A stretch of 64,000 nt of DNA, from positions 3,879-67,878 of the forward strand of contig SYKG01000005.1 of the NCBI GenBank assembly GCA_005797835.1, read 5' to 3'. Both the position numbers and the translations under genes were made by a program. The DNA is from Methylotenera sp. (GTDB lineage Bacteria; Pseudomonadota; Gammaproteobacteria; Burkholderiales; Methylophilaceae). Each line of letters begins with the position of its first letter. Within the stretch, counting starts at the first letter, position 1. Below are positions 9,227 to 19,183 of the stretch, piece by piece. The notes under the pieces are model-generated. The model was not told the origin of the DNA. It saw only the letters and a list, made by a program, of their open reading frames with translations, and searched no databases.

Positions 9227-9301
9227 TATTTTACCTTAAAACAGTGGGTTCAATGAGGTTTAGCTCCAGAGGCTAGGGCGCGGCGTAATAGGGGTGTATT
9301 A
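9227..9301 (-). repeat. Decayed module copy 3 (promoter and end motif only)
   Basis: TATTTTACCTTAAAACAG resembles 15477 TATTTTACTTGAAAACAG. AATAGGGGTGTATTA at 9287-9301 has the same 63-nt offset as copies 1 and 5. Confidence 0.7.
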
Positions 9302-9352
9302 GGAAAGTCATTAGTATTGAACTTTCAGTTATTTAAATGCATCATATGTCAA

Positions 9353-9715
9353 ATGAAGTCTTTAAGATATTTTTTGTTTCTACTTTTGATTCTTGTGATG
9401 CCACTTCAAACTGTTGCAGCAAGCTTTCAGCTTGTTTGTCAGGATAATCATAAAACTAGCATGACAATCGAAAAAAAAGTTAGTCATTGTCATCAAGTAA
9501 AAAATAAAGAGCAAAATCACGTAAAAGACTATGAAAACTATAATATCTCACACCATTGTTTATCATTTTGTGCTCAATTAAGTATGTCTGCACTTACTCA
9601 AAATTTTGATTTGGTATTCAGCCAAGATAATATTATGGATTATAGTCAGTATTTATATTATTACGATTCTGTTACCCTTCCTCATATTGAAAGACCACCG
9701 ATTAGTTTTTCTTAA
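9353..9715 (+). CDS. DUF2946/CutF-like exported Cys/His-rich leader protein
   Basis: Signal-like N-terminus, HCH and HHCLSFC, C-terminal ERPP. First gene of a metal cassette; ATG 9353 preferred over TTG 9317. Confidence 0.6.
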   Translation: MKSLRYFLFLLLILVMPLQTVAASFQLVCQDNHKTSMTIEKKVSHCHQVKNKEQNHVKDYENYNISHHCLSFCAQLSMSALTQNFDLVFSQDNIMDYSQYLYYYDSVTLPHIERPPISFS

Positions 9716-9766
9716 AAATAGTTTTGGGCTTTTTTTGAGCCCTATTTTTATTATTTAAGGAAGTCT

Positions 9767-10435
9767 ATGTTTACTTATAAATTTAGATTATGTGTGGTGC
9801 CCTTAATTTTTTTATCAAGTCACATGTTATGTGCTGCGCCTATGGGTTATCAAGGTTCTGTAATGAGTATGGGTGACTATAATCAAAATTGGCGTGAAGT
9901 TGGATTTAATTATGCGATTACCCCCCAAGATGCTTTGGGATTATCACATCTTGAGTTTCGTTCACAGAATCATAAAGATAAGCGTGAGATTGATATGATC
10001 AATTACACGCACCTATTATCGCGGTGGAATTTAACCGACGCCCAGAGTAATTTTTGGGTGTTTATGGGAATTGGACAAATACGAGCAAGTCATATTAATG
10101 ATGGAAGTGAGACGAATATCAATAACTTAGTAACCTCACCTGGATTTCAGTTTGATTATGAAACTAGACGTATTTACTTTGCTACCACACATAAATTCTA
10201 TCGTGCTTCTCATTTAAATCATGATACGACCTCAATTCGTGCAGGCTTTTCTTTTTACGAATCTGATTACGATAAGACACAACCTTGGTTTATTTTAGAG
10301 ACTAAATATACTAATGAAATCTCTAGTAAGATTGAAGTCATACCGATGTTAAGACTTATTAATAAAAATATTTTTCTAGAAGGGGGTTTGAATAATAGTG
10401 GTCAACCCCGATTTAATTTTATGTATACCTTTTAA
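9767..10435 (+). CDS. Hypothetical exported, probably outer-membrane beta-barrel protein
   Basis: Signal peptide, alternating aromatic pattern, C-terminal FNFMYTF. Confidence 0.6.
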   Translation: MFTYKFRLCVVPLIFLSSHMLCAAPMGYQGSVMSMGDYNQNWREVGFNYAITPQDALGLSHLEFRSQNHKDKREIDMINYTHLLSRWNLTDAQSNFWVFMGIGQIRASHINDGSETNINNLVTSPGFQFDYETRRIYFATTHKFYRASHLNHDTTSIRAGFSFYESDYDKTQPWFILETKYTNEISSKIEVIPMLRLINKNIFLEGGLNNSGQPRFNFMYTF

Positions 10436-10446
10436 GGATCTTTTTT

Positions 10447-10773
10447 ATGAAACATTTATTTTTAGTGATTAGTTTAGGACTTTCATTAGTAAGCCAAATG
10501 AGTTTTGCGACTCCAACCTATAAAGTCAAAGTGAATGGCATGGTATGTTCTTTTTGTGCGCAAGGCATTGAAAAGAAAATCAAAGCATTATCAGAAACTA
10601 AGGATATGTATGTGGAGTTAAAGAATCAATTTATCTTAGTCGAAGTAAAAGATGGATTAACGCTATCACAAGACACGATTAAAAAAATTATTAAGGATGC
10701 AGGCTATGATGTTAAAAATATATCAGTTAGTGAGCATCCTTTAGAGCATATGAAGTCAGGGATGGTTAAATGA
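10447..10773 (+). CDS. Periplasmic heavy-metal-associated (HMA) domain protein
   Basis: Signal peptide, VNGMVCSFCA and DAGY. Confidence 0.9.
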   Translation: MKHLFLVISLGLSLVSQMSFATPTYKVKVNGMVCSFCAQGIEKKIKALSETKDMYVELKNQFILVEVKDGLTLSQDTIKKIIKDAGYDVKNISVSEHPLEHMKSGMVK

Positions 10774-11171
10774 CGCAAAAAAATTATCCTCATCCTAACT
10801 TAGTTAAGACAAAGCATGTGTCTTATCTGAGTTTGTTTACATCTGGAGTTACACTAATTTGTTGCGCTTTGCCTGCTTTGCTAGTGAGTTTAGGGGCAGG
10901 CGCTGTCATGGCTTCACTCGTGAGTTCTCTGCCACAGATTGTATATTTTTCAGAGTACAAGTTAGGTATTTTTATATTTGCAGGGGTGATGTTATTCATT
11001 TCAGGAGTTTTACAATGGCAAGCAGGATATTTAGCTTGTCCAAGCAATAAAGCGTTAGCTCAACTTTGTAAAAAAACGAGATCAAACTCATTAAGAATTT
11101 ATTTTTTTTCAGTGAGTCTATTCTCGATAGGGGGATTTATGGCTTTTATAGCCCCCTTTTTGATTAATTAA
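10770..11171 (+). CDS. MerT/MerC-like three-TM heavy-metal transport protein
   Basis: TLICCALP vicinal cysteines in TM1, ACP...LC in the loop; overlaps the HMA gene (ATGA). Confidence 0.7.
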   Translation: MTQKNYPHPNLVKTKHVSYLSLFTSGVTLICCALPALLVSLGAGAVMASLVSSLPQIVYFSEYKLGIFIFAGVMLFISGVLQWQAGYLACPSNKALAQLCKKTRSNSLRIYFFSVSLFSIGGFMAFIAPFLIN

Positions 11172-11202
11172 TTCTTTCTAAAACCATGGATTGGGGCCTC
11201 AC

Positions 11203-11273
11203 TGAGTTATCCGTTACTCTATCCTTTGAGCCAATCCCCCAATTATGGATATTTTATTCAAAAACAGGGGGGG
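11203..11273 (-). repeat. Decayed module copy 4 with a recognisable tRNA 5' half
   Basis: TCCGTTACTCTATCCTTTGAGCCAATCCCCCAA..GGATATTTTA..AAAACAGG versus TCCGCTGCTCTACCAGCTGAGCTAATCCTCCAG..GGATATTTAC in copy 2. Confidence 0.78.
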
Positions 11274-11426
11274 CTGAAGTAGATTCAGGACGCTAAACTT
11301 AGCTAGGTCTGAAGTAACTGAGTATTTTAAAAACTCAAATTCATTTTAAAAGTTGGTATTAAAAAATTAAATTTTCAATATAATGAAAGACTTATTTGTT
11401 TTTTTAAGAATAGTGAGGTCTATTAA

Positions 11427-12461
11427 ATGAAAGCTTTAGTAAAAAGATATGCTAAGGAAGGGTTATGGCTGGAAGATATGCCAGAGCCTGAAATGGGTAA
11501 TAACGACGTACTAATTAAAATTAAAAAGACTGCTATTTGTGGCACTGATATTCATATTTACAATTGGGATGAATGGGCCCAAAAAACGATCCCTGTTCCT
11601 ATGATTACTGGACATGAATATGCAGGAGAAATTGTAGATATTGGTGCTAATGTTAATGATTTAAAACTTGGAGATATTGTGTCAGGTGAGGGCCATATCT
11701 CTTGCGGACGTTGTAGAAACTGTTTGGGAGGAAAACCACATTTATGCCCTTATACAATCGGGGTGGGTGTAAATCGAGACGGAGCTTTTGCAGAATTCTT
11801 GGTTGTGCCAGCTAAAAATATCTTTAAACCAAGTCGTGAAATTTCAACTGATCTGCTTGCCTTATTTGATCCTTATGGTAACGCAGTGCATACCGCACTC
11901 TCTTTTAATATGGTGGGCGAGGATGTGCTAATTACAGGAGCGGGTCCAATTGGTATGATGGCTGCAATGGTTTCAGATCATGCTGGTGCAAGAAATATTG
12001 TTGTCACAGATGTGAATCAATATCGTTTAGACCTTATCAAAAAGATTCTTCCAAGTGTTATTACAATCAATGTTGAAAAAGAAATAATTAGCCGTGACAT
12101 GATGAAGTCTATTGGCATTTTTGAAGGATTTGATGTGGGGCTAGAAATGTCAGGCTCTCCAAAAGCTTTTAGTAACATGTTAAGCCTTATGATTAATGGC
12201 GGCCACATAGCTATGCTAGCTATCATGCCTTCAGGCTCCGGAATAGATTGGGATATGGTGGTATTCAAAGGGTTGACGATTAAAGGTATTTACGGACGTG
12301 AAATTTTTGAGACTTGGTATAAAGGTTCTATGATGGTTCAAAGTGGACTGCCTTTAGAAAAGATGATTACACATCATTTCCCTTACACTGAATTTAAAGA
12401 GGGTTTTGATATTATGCGATCAGGCAAATCTGGAAAAATTATTTTAAATTGGGAAATCTAA
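11427..12461 (+). CDS. tdh: L-threonine 3-dehydrogenase
   Basis: [21 protein letters not shown] zinc site, GAGPIG, GIYGRE. Confidence 0.96.
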   Translation: MKALVKRYAKEGLWLEDMPEPEMGNNDVLIKIKKTAICGTDIHIYNWDEWAQKTIPVPMITGHEYAGEIVDIGANVNDLKLGDIVSGEGHISCGRCRNCLGGKPHLCPYTIGVGVNRDGAFAEFLVVPAKNIFKPSREISTDLLALFDPYGNAVHTALSFNMVGEDVLITGAGPIGMMAAMVSDHAGARNIVVTDVNQYRLDLIKKILPSVITINVEKEIISRDMMKSIGIFEGFDVGLEMSGSPKAFSNMLSLMINGGHIAMLAIMPSGSGIDWDMVVFKGLTIKGIYGREIFETWYKGSMMVQSGLPLEKMITHHFPYTEFKEGFDIMRSGKSGKIILNWEI

Positions 12462-12476
12462 TATTAAGGATCTTAA

Positions 12477-13667
12477 ATGAGCTTTGCAAAAGCTAAAGAA
12501 AGTTTTTCATATGACTTAGAAGAAATTAAAAAAGCAGGGTTATGGAAAACTGAACGTATTATTAACTCTGATCAGAAAAGTAAGATTCAACTTTCAGATA
12601 ATCAAGAAGTCATTAATATGTGTGCGAATAATTATCTTGGTTTAGCCAATAATCCCGAAGTCATACAAGCAGCAAAAAATAGCCTGGATCGCTGGGGCTT
12701 TGGCCTTGCATCTGTTCGATTTATATGTGGCACGCAAACATTGCATAAAACTCTAGAAGCAGAAGTGACTGAGTTTTTATGCACAGAAGACACAATTCTC
12801 TATGCTGCTTGCTTTGATGCCAACGGCGGTTTATTTGAAACGATATTAACAGCTGATGATGCTGTTATTTCTGATGAACTCAATCATGCATCGATTATTG
12901 ATGGTATTCGCTTATCTAAAGCTCAGCGCTATCGTTATAAAAATAATGATATGAATGATCTTCGTAAACAATTAGAAGAAGCTAAAAAAAATAAGGCTAG
13001 ACGTATTCTCATCACCACTGATGGTGTTTTTTCTATGGATGGTACGATTGCACAATTAGATAAAATTTGTGATCTTGCAGATGAATTTGATGCCATGGTT
13101 CATCATGATGATTGCCATGCTACCGGGTTTATGGGAAAAAAAGGCCGAGGTATTCATGAGTACTGTAACGTAATTGATCGTGTGGATATTATTACAAGTA
13201 CATTTGGTAAGGCTTTGGGTGGTGCATCAGGTGGCTTTACATCAGGCCGTAAAGAAATTATTGATATGTTAAGACAAAGATCTCGACCTTATTTATTTTC
13301 TAATACACTTGCCCCTAATATTTGTGCAGCATCATTAAAAGCTCTTGAAATACTTCAAAAATCAACTGTACTTCGTGATCAATTAGAGAAGAATGTTCAC
13401 TACTTTAGAACTCAAATGCAGAAAGCTGGTTTTGATGTAAGTGATGGAGATCATCCTATTGTTCCGATCATGTTAGGGGATGCGAATCTGGCTCAAGTAA
13501 TGAGTAAAAAATTATTAGAAAAGGGTGTTTTTGCGATTGGATTTTTTTATCCAGTTGTACCGCAAGGAAAGGCTAGAATTAGAACTCAAATTTCAGCTGC
13601 TCATTCATTCGATGATCTAGATAAATCTGTAGATGCTTTTGCTGAAATCAGAAATCAATTAGTTTAG
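12477..13667 (+). CDS. kbl: Glycine C-acetyltransferase (2-amino-3-ketobutyrate CoA ligase)
   Basis: [42 protein letters not shown]. Confidence 0.96.
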   Translation: MSFAKAKESFSYDLEEIKKAGLWKTERIINSDQKSKIQLSDNQEVINMCANNYLGLANNPEVIQAAKNSLDRWGFGLASVRFICGTQTLHKTLEAEVTEFLCTEDTILYAACFDANGGLFETILTADDAVISDELNHASIIDGIRLSKAQRYRYKNNDMNDLRKQLEEAKKNKARRILITTDGVFSMDGTIAQLDKICDLADEFDAMVHHDDCHATGFMGKKGRGIHEYCNVIDRVDIITSTFGKALGGASGGFTSGRKEIIDMLRQRSRPYLFSNTLAPNICAASLKALEILQKSTVLRDQLEKNVHYFRTQMQKAGFDVSDGDHPIVPIMLGDANLAQVMSKKLLEKGVFAIGFFYPVVPQGKARIRTQISAAHSFDDLDKSVDAFAEIRNQLV

Positions 13668-13685
13668 TCCTTTAAATTTTTATGT

Positions 13686-14342
13686 TTATAGTTCAGACTT
13701 ATCCCAGTTTCCGTAGGATTTGAATCTAGCAATTACCTCTTTCATTTCTTCATCAGATAAAATAGTGGGTAAGCCCATTTGAAGTGCATGACAATACTGC
13801 TCACAAAGCCTTTCAATCTCATATGTAATCTTTAATGCATCTTCAATATCTAAACCAATTACTATCATTCCGTGATTAGCAAGTAAGCAAGCTTTGCGTT
13901 CATTTAAAGCAATAAGTGCCGCGTCAGAAAGTGCCTGAGTGCCGAATAATTGATAAGTGCTACATCGAATTGAATTACCTCCAGCTACAGCAATCATGTA
14001 ATGAAAAGCAGGAATGTCTTTTCTAAAGAGACTCAGCGTTGTGGCAAAGGTTGAATGTGTATGAATTACCACGTTAGCATCTTTGCGCGATTTTAAAATA
14101 TCATGGTGAAAACGCCATTCACTTGAAGGTTCACGCGCAGGGTTTTGATTGGATTGAATTACACCTTTAAAATCCATAAATACCATATCATCTATAGTCA
14201 TAACGTTGGGATTAAGTCCTGAAGGGGTGATATAAAATCCGTCAGGATGACGGATACTACAATTTCCTGAAGATCCTTGATTCAAACCTGAAGCTTGCAG
14301 TGTTAATGTCAAATCAAGTAATTGTTCTTGTGTAGTTTTCAT
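13686..14342 (-). CDS. Class II aldolase (FucA-like; probable Ald2/DrdA of the DHAP shunt)
   Basis: SGNCS, EPSSEWRFH, HTHS and LANHG motifs; stop-start overlap with mtnA. Confidence 0.88.
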   Translation of the reverse strand: MKTTQEQLLDLTLTLQASGLNQGSSGNCSIRHPDGFYITPSGLNPNVMTIDDMVFMDFKGVIQSNQNPAREPSSEWRFHHDILKSRKDANVVIHTHSTFATTLSLFRKDIPAFHYMIAVAGGNSIRCSTYQLFGTQALSDAALIALNERKACLLANHGMIVIGLDIEDALKITYEIERLCEQYCHALQMGLPTILSDEEMKEVIARFKSYGNWDKSEL

Positions 14343-15406
14343 GAGTAAATAGATTTTAATTCTTGAGGTGAATAAACACCATCTTCAGTAATAATTTTAG
14401 TGATATATTTGTGAGGCGTAATATCAAAAGCTGGATTAAATGCATGCGTGCCTTTGGGAGCTATTTGAACATTTGTTAATTCATTATTACTATTTAACCC
14501 TTGCACCATTAAAACCTCTTCCTCATGTCTTGATTCTATAGGGATATCAAAGAAGTTTTTTGTAGCATCCCTGTCAATAGTAGACTTTGGCGCTGCTACA
14601 TAGAATGGAATGTTACTTTCATATGCCGCAATAGCTTTTAGATAAGTCCCAATTTTATTGCATACATCGCCATTCAGAGAAATACGATCAGCACCTACAA
14701 TCACAAAATCTACTTTTCCTGTTTGCATTAAATATCCACCAGCATTGTCACTAATCAAAGTATGCGGGATTTTTTGCTGCCTTAATTCCCAGGCAGTTAA
14801 ATGGGCTCCTTGATTGCGTGGCCTCGTTTCATCAACCCATATATGAAGATCAAGCCCTTTTTCATGCGCATAATAAAGAGGGCTTAAAGCTGTTCCGTGA
14901 TCAACAGTTGCAAGCCAACCTGCATTACAGTGTGTTAATACTTCTAGAGGTTTTTTATTAAAATTATTTTCAATAAAATGAAGTCCCTGTTTCCCAATAG
15001 ATTGATTTGTTCTAATGTCTTCTACTAAAATTGTTTTAGATAAAGACCATGCCGTTTCAAAACGTTTTTCAGCAGAAATAGATTTAAGCTTTTCATTCAT
15101 TCGATTGACTGCCCATTGAAGGTTTAATGCAGTAGGTCTTGATTGGACAAGACGCGATGATGCATTTTTTAATGAATCATCTGAGGGATTATTTTTCATA
15201 GCGAGTGCAATGCCGAATGCCGCTGTGACCCCGATTAAAGGAGCTCCACGAACTTCCATTATTTTGATTGCATTGATAATCTCATCTAGAGAATGAAGAG
15301 ATTTGGTGGAAAACTTATGTGGCAACTTAGTTTGGTCAATAATATATATCTTAGATTCGGTTGAATCAGTCCATATTGTCTGAAAATCTTCACCATTAAC
15401 CTTCAT
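14339..15406 (-). CDS. mtnA: S-methyl-5-thioribose-1-phosphate isomerase
   Basis: MEVRGAPLIG, RPTA, THCNAGWLA, DETRP, NKIGT, NPAFDITP. ATG 15406 (MKVNG) preferred over TTG 15433. Confidence 0.95.
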   Translation of the reverse strand: MKVNGEDFQTIWTDSTESKIYIIDQTKLPHKFSTKSLHSLDEIINAIKIMEVRGAPLIGVTAAFGIALAMKNNPSDDSLKNASSRLVQSRPTALNLQWAVNRMNEKLKSISAEKRFETAWSLSKTILVEDIRTNQSIGKQGLHFIENNFNKKPLEVLTHCNAGWLATVDHGTALSPLYYAHEKGLDLHIWVDETRPRNQGAHLTAWELRQQKIPHTLISDNAGGYLMQTGKVDFVIVGADRISLNGDVCNKIGTYLKAIAAYESNIPFYVAAPKSTIDRDATKNFFDIPIESRHEEEVLMVQGLNSNNELTNVQIAPKGTHAFNPAFDITPHKYITKIITEDGVYSPQELKSIYS

Positions 15407-15441
15407 AACAACCCTAAATGACAGAGATCTCAATAGCGTTA

Positions 15442-15550
15442 TGCTCTTCCAACTGAGCTAATCTCCTAGAAATCAATATTTTACTTGAAAACAGGTACTT
15501 CAAACGGATTCAAGCAGTTCGATTTTAGGGGGTTGGAATAGTGTGTATTA
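15442..15550 (-). repeat. Module copy 5 (tRNA 5' fragment, promoter, end motif)
   Basis: TGCTCTTCCAACTGAGCTAATCTCCTAGAAATCAATATTTTAC at 15442-15484 is close to copy 1. AATAGTGTGTATTA is at 15537-15550. Confidence 0.88.
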
Positions 15551-15724
15551 AAGTAGCTCCACCACGGTTTTACTTAAATTGTTATTTTTTTGGAGTAAAC
15601 TAGCCTGTAAATGATTAAACCTTTTCCCCAGTTATAGGGTCAAAACTATTTTATTCCCTTTAAAATCCTTTTAAGTGAAAGTGACTAAATGGGAATTTTC
15701 TTCTAAAAGAAAGCTTTTAAAATT

Positions 15725-17008
15725 ATGAAAAAATTTCACACAGCGATAATTGGAGGAGGTTGTCTTGGAACCGCTAGTGCTGTTTCGTTAGCAAGGCACC
15801 TAAAAAAAACCAACGGAAATCCAGCGTCAATCTGTTTAATTGAAAAAAATGTATTAGCAAGTGCATTATCTATTAGACATTCAGGTATTGTCAGGGCTGC
15901 AAATGCTGATAATGTTGCCGCTAAGCTAGGCCAAATTTCAACAGATATGTGGGGTAACCTGAAAGATATTTGGGGGGTTGAAATTGAATTAGAAAGATTC
16001 GGGGCGCTTTGGATTGCGGCGAAGGATGAAAATTCGACAAATCCAAAATGGGATCAATTAGCTAAAGATTTGAAGTCAATTCCTATTAAATTTAAAAAAA
16101 TAAATAAAGAAGCTGCATTAAAAATTTGCCCCGACTTTATTAATTTATTTGATGATGAAGTTTTTTATCATGAACCTGAAGCAATTCAACTAGACCCAGC
16201 TTATGTAAGAAAAGGTTTATATGACGCCATTAATCAGTCTGATGTTTCATTTTTTGAAAAAGAGGAAGTTATAAGATTTAAAAAAGATGCAAGTGACAAA
16301 ATTACCGAAATTATTACTACAAAGCATGTCATAAAAGCAGACTATGTAATTAATGCTGCAGGACCATGGAGTTCGAGTTTATTCTCAAAACTTGGTATAG
16401 CTGTCCCAGTCAGTGTTGAGCCCGTATTTGTTGTTAATTGGTTAAACAACCTAGCAACCCACAAGGTTTCAATGCCTATTATTGCCGATTACGTAAATCG
16501 AGCTTACTTTAGGAGCTGGCGCGATGGAGAAATTCATATGCATCAACCGAGAAAAAGAGGAATTCATGAGACTAGTACAAGTTTTGCTGATAATCCAATT
16601 TCAGTTATAGGTGCAGATTTTATTAATGATCCAGTTAATCAAATCCAAAATTATTCTCAAATAAAACTATATGAAGATATTGCCCATAAGCGATTTAAGA
16701 ATTTAGATCATGCTGTTTATTCTTCAGGGTATCGCTCATATTTTGATATTACACCCGATCTTAAGTTCATACTTGGGCCTGATATTAAAATTAAAAATTT
16801 AATACATTGCTTAGGGTCCGGTCAAGCCTTTAAATTTGCACCTGTTTTTGGGGAGATGATGGCTCAATATATTCTTAAACCTGGGCTGTTATCTCAATAT
16901 GGGGATTCTTTTTCTATTAAAAGATTTGATAAAACTTATATGAAGAACTTTTGGAGTAAAGTTAATGGCAAAGAATATTCCCTTTATCAAGAAAATAGTG
17001 CGTTGTAA
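15725..17008 (+). CDS. FAD-dependent oxidoreductase (D-amino acid oxidase/sarcosine oxidase-like)
   Basis: IIGGGCLG, VINAAGPWS, DITPD and GSGQAFKFAP. Confidence 0.85.
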   Translation: MKKFHTAIIGGGCLGTASAVSLARHLKKTNGNPASICLIEKNVLASALSIRHSGIVRAANADNVAAKLGQISTDMWGNLKDIWGVEIELERFGALWIAAKDENSTNPKWDQLAKDLKSIPIKFKKINKEAALKICPDFINLFDDEVFYHEPEAIQLDPAYVRKGLYDAINQSDVSFFEKEEVIRFKKDASDKITEIITTKHVIKADYVINAAGPWSSSLFSKLGIAVPVSVEPVFVVNWLNNLATHKVSMPIIADYVNRAYFRSWRDGEIHMHQPRKRGIHETSTSFADNPISVIGADFINDPVNQIQNYSQIKLYEDIAHKRFKNLDHAVYSSGYRSYFDITPDLKFILGPDIKIKNLIHCLGSGQAFKFAPVFGEMMAQYILKPGLLSQYGDSFSIKRFDKTYMKNFWSKVNGKEYSLYQENSAL

Positions 17009-17085
17009 TTCTTTATAAAATCTTCTCATTAAACCAAAGCTATTGATAGACTAAGATAGATCTCTTACGATTAAACGGGATCTGT

Positions 17086-17145
17086 GAGTCCGCTCTTTGA
17101 GTCTTTGAAAATATCTCCCAGACGCCAGCATTTACTAATATTTGT
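17086..17145 (-). repeat. Decayed module copy 6
   Basis: GAGTCCGCT at 17086-17094 and ATCTCCCAGA...ATTTACTAATATTTGT match module order and spacing. Confidence 0.6.
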
Positions 17146-17259
17146 TTGCCAGCCAGCACAGCCTAGAGTTAAGTCAAAACTATTTTGGAATTAATTTGAC
17201 ACAATAGCAAATTATAAATACTGTAATAATCACCTTAATTTAGCAAATTTTTTTTATCG

Positions 17260-17553
17260 ATGCATATCTCAAAGCAACCTGTTTATAGAAAACTTATTGA
17301 GAGAGGTTTATATATAAAACTTCCCTTATTAATTGTTGTTATTTCTACATACATGGGGTTTATATTGTTAATTGCATACAAACCACAAATTCTCTCGCAA
17401 TCACTCGGAACTTCTGTTGTTTCTCTGGGCTTAGTGATGGGGATGGGCCTAATATTCATTATCCAATTTGTGACGGTGTTATATGCAGTTTTGACTAATA
17501 AATTGATTGAGCCTCTTATTAGTAAGCTAAGAAAGCTCATAAAAATCATTTAA
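17260..17553 (+). CDS. DUF485/YjcH small membrane partner of ActP
   Basis: Two TM segments, YMGFILLIAYKP; directly upstream of actP. Confidence 0.8.
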   Translation: MHISKQPVYRKLIERGLYIKLPLLIVVISTYMGFILLIAYKPQILSQSLGTSVVSLGLVMGMGLIFIIQFVTVLYAVLTNKLIEPLISKLRKLIKII

Positions 17554-17576
17554 TTATTAAATTTCAAAAGTAAACT

Positions 17577-19106
17577 ATGGCTATATTTATGTTTTTTATT
17601 TTTCTATCGCTCACATTGTTTGTGACATATTGGGCCGCTAGACATACAAAAAATTTAAAGACTTTCTATGCAGCAGGTGGAAATATAACTGGATTACAGA
17701 ATGGTTTAGCAATCTCTGGAGACTTTATGTCGGCTGCTTCCTTTTTAGGTATTTCAGGGTTGGTATTCAGCGTTGGTTTCGATGGATTAATCTATTCCAT
17801 CGGTTTTCTAGTTGGTTGGCCGATAGTCTTACTTTTAATAGCCGAGCCACTTCGGAATCTTGGAAAATATACTTTTGCCGACTGCGCATCTTATCGATTA
17901 AAACAAAAACCTATACGTATTTTATCTTCATGTGGTGCCCTTACCACCATTATTTTTTATTTAATTGCTCAGATGGTGGGGGCGGGAAAATTAATAGAAA
18001 TTTTATTTCAAATACCCTATATTCTTGCAGTAATAATTGTGGGTTCAATGATGGTGTTATATGTAACTTTTGGTGGAATGCTTGCAACAACCTGGGTACA
18101 AATTATAAAAGCGATATTACTTTTATTGGGGGCTTCTATTATTGCTTTTTTAGTTTTATTCAACTTTCATTTCGATTTAACAGCATTTTTTAGTCAAGCT
18201 ATTCAATTACATCCTAAAAAAATAGCGATTATGGGGCCAGGTGGGCTTATTACAGATCCAATTTCTGCTATATCTTTAGGACTTGCACTTTTGTTTGGAA
18301 CGGCTGGACTCCCACATATACTTATGCGTTTTTTTACAGTAAAAAATGCAAAAGAGGCAAGGAAGTCTGTCGTTTATGCCACAAGCTTTATGGCATATTT
18401 TTATGTTCTTACTTTTATTATTGGGTTTGGTGCAATCGTTTTTCTTACGAATAATCCTGCTTATATGAATGAAGATGGTAAATTAATCGGAGATATTAAT
18501 ATGGCTGCTGTGCATTTATCACATGCTATTGGCGGAAATATACTGATGGGATTTATTTCAGCTGTGGCATTTGCTACTATTTTAGCTGTGGTTTCTGGCT
18601 TAACATTAGCTGGGGCATCTGCTATTTCACATGATTTATTCCCTCTTTTTTTTGTAAAAAGAAATTTAGATGAAAAAAAAGAAATTAAAGTATCAAAAAT
18701 CGCCTCACTAATTTTGGGTTTATTAGCAATATTATTAGGAATTCTTTTTCAGAATCAGAATGTAGCATTTATGGTGGGTCTTGCTTTTGCTATTGCTGCT
18801 AGTATAAATTTTCCCGTACTATTACTTTCAATTTACTGGAAGAATCTAACATCAAGAGGAGCATTGATTGGTGGGAGTCTTGGATTAATAACTGCCATTC
18901 TGTTGGTTATTCTTAGCTCAACAGTGTGGGTTGATATGTTTCATTTTTCAGAACCTTTTTTTCCTTATAAATATCCTGCTTTATTTTCAATGACCCTTAC
19001 TTTTTTTATGATTTATTTTTTTTCAATTACTGACTCATCAACCCAAGCAGAAATTGAACGTAAAAAATTTCTGGATCAAAAGGTTAAATCTCTAATTGGT
19101 ATTTAG
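17577..19106 (+). CDS. actP: Cation/acetate symporter
   Basis: [42 protein letters not shown]. Confidence 0.93.
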   Translation: MAIFMFFIFLSLTLFVTYWAARHTKNLKTFYAAGGNITGLQNGLAISGDFMSAASFLGISGLVFSVGFDGLIYSIGFLVGWPIVLLLIAEPLRNLGKYTFADCASYRLKQKPIRILSSCGALTTIIFYLIAQMVGAGKLIEILFQIPYILAVIIVGSMMVLYVTFGGMLATTWVQIIKAILLLLGASIIAFLVLFNFHFDLTAFFSQAIQLHPKKIAIMGPGGLITDPISAISLGLALLFGTAGLPHILMRFFTVKNAKEARKSVVYATSFMAYFYVLTFIIGFGAIVFLTNNPAYMNEDGKLIGDINMAAVHLSHAIGGNILMGFISAVAFATILAVVSGLTLAGASAISHDLFPLFFVKRNLDEKKEIKVSKIASLILGLLAILLGILFQNQNVAFMVGLAFAIAASINFPVLLLSIYWKNLTSRGALIGGSLGLITAILLVILSSTVWVDMFHFSEPFFPYKYPALFSMTLTFFMIYFFSITDSSTQAEIERKKFLDQKVKSLIGI

Positions 19107-19183
19107 AGCCATATTCAACTGTGGTTTTTTAATATTCGATATGTTGTGGTGTAATCCGAAGAAGAATTCTATAAAATAGACTT

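Noticed and set aside
10447-11171. mer (mercury resistance) operon
   Set aside because: No merA or merR; only HMA and CC-motif transporter similarity, so metal specificity is unproven.
17041-17120. Full-length functional tRNA
   Set aside because: There are faint anticodon-arm and T-arm-like dyads but no GTTC, D loop or CCA; at most a heavily decayed relic.
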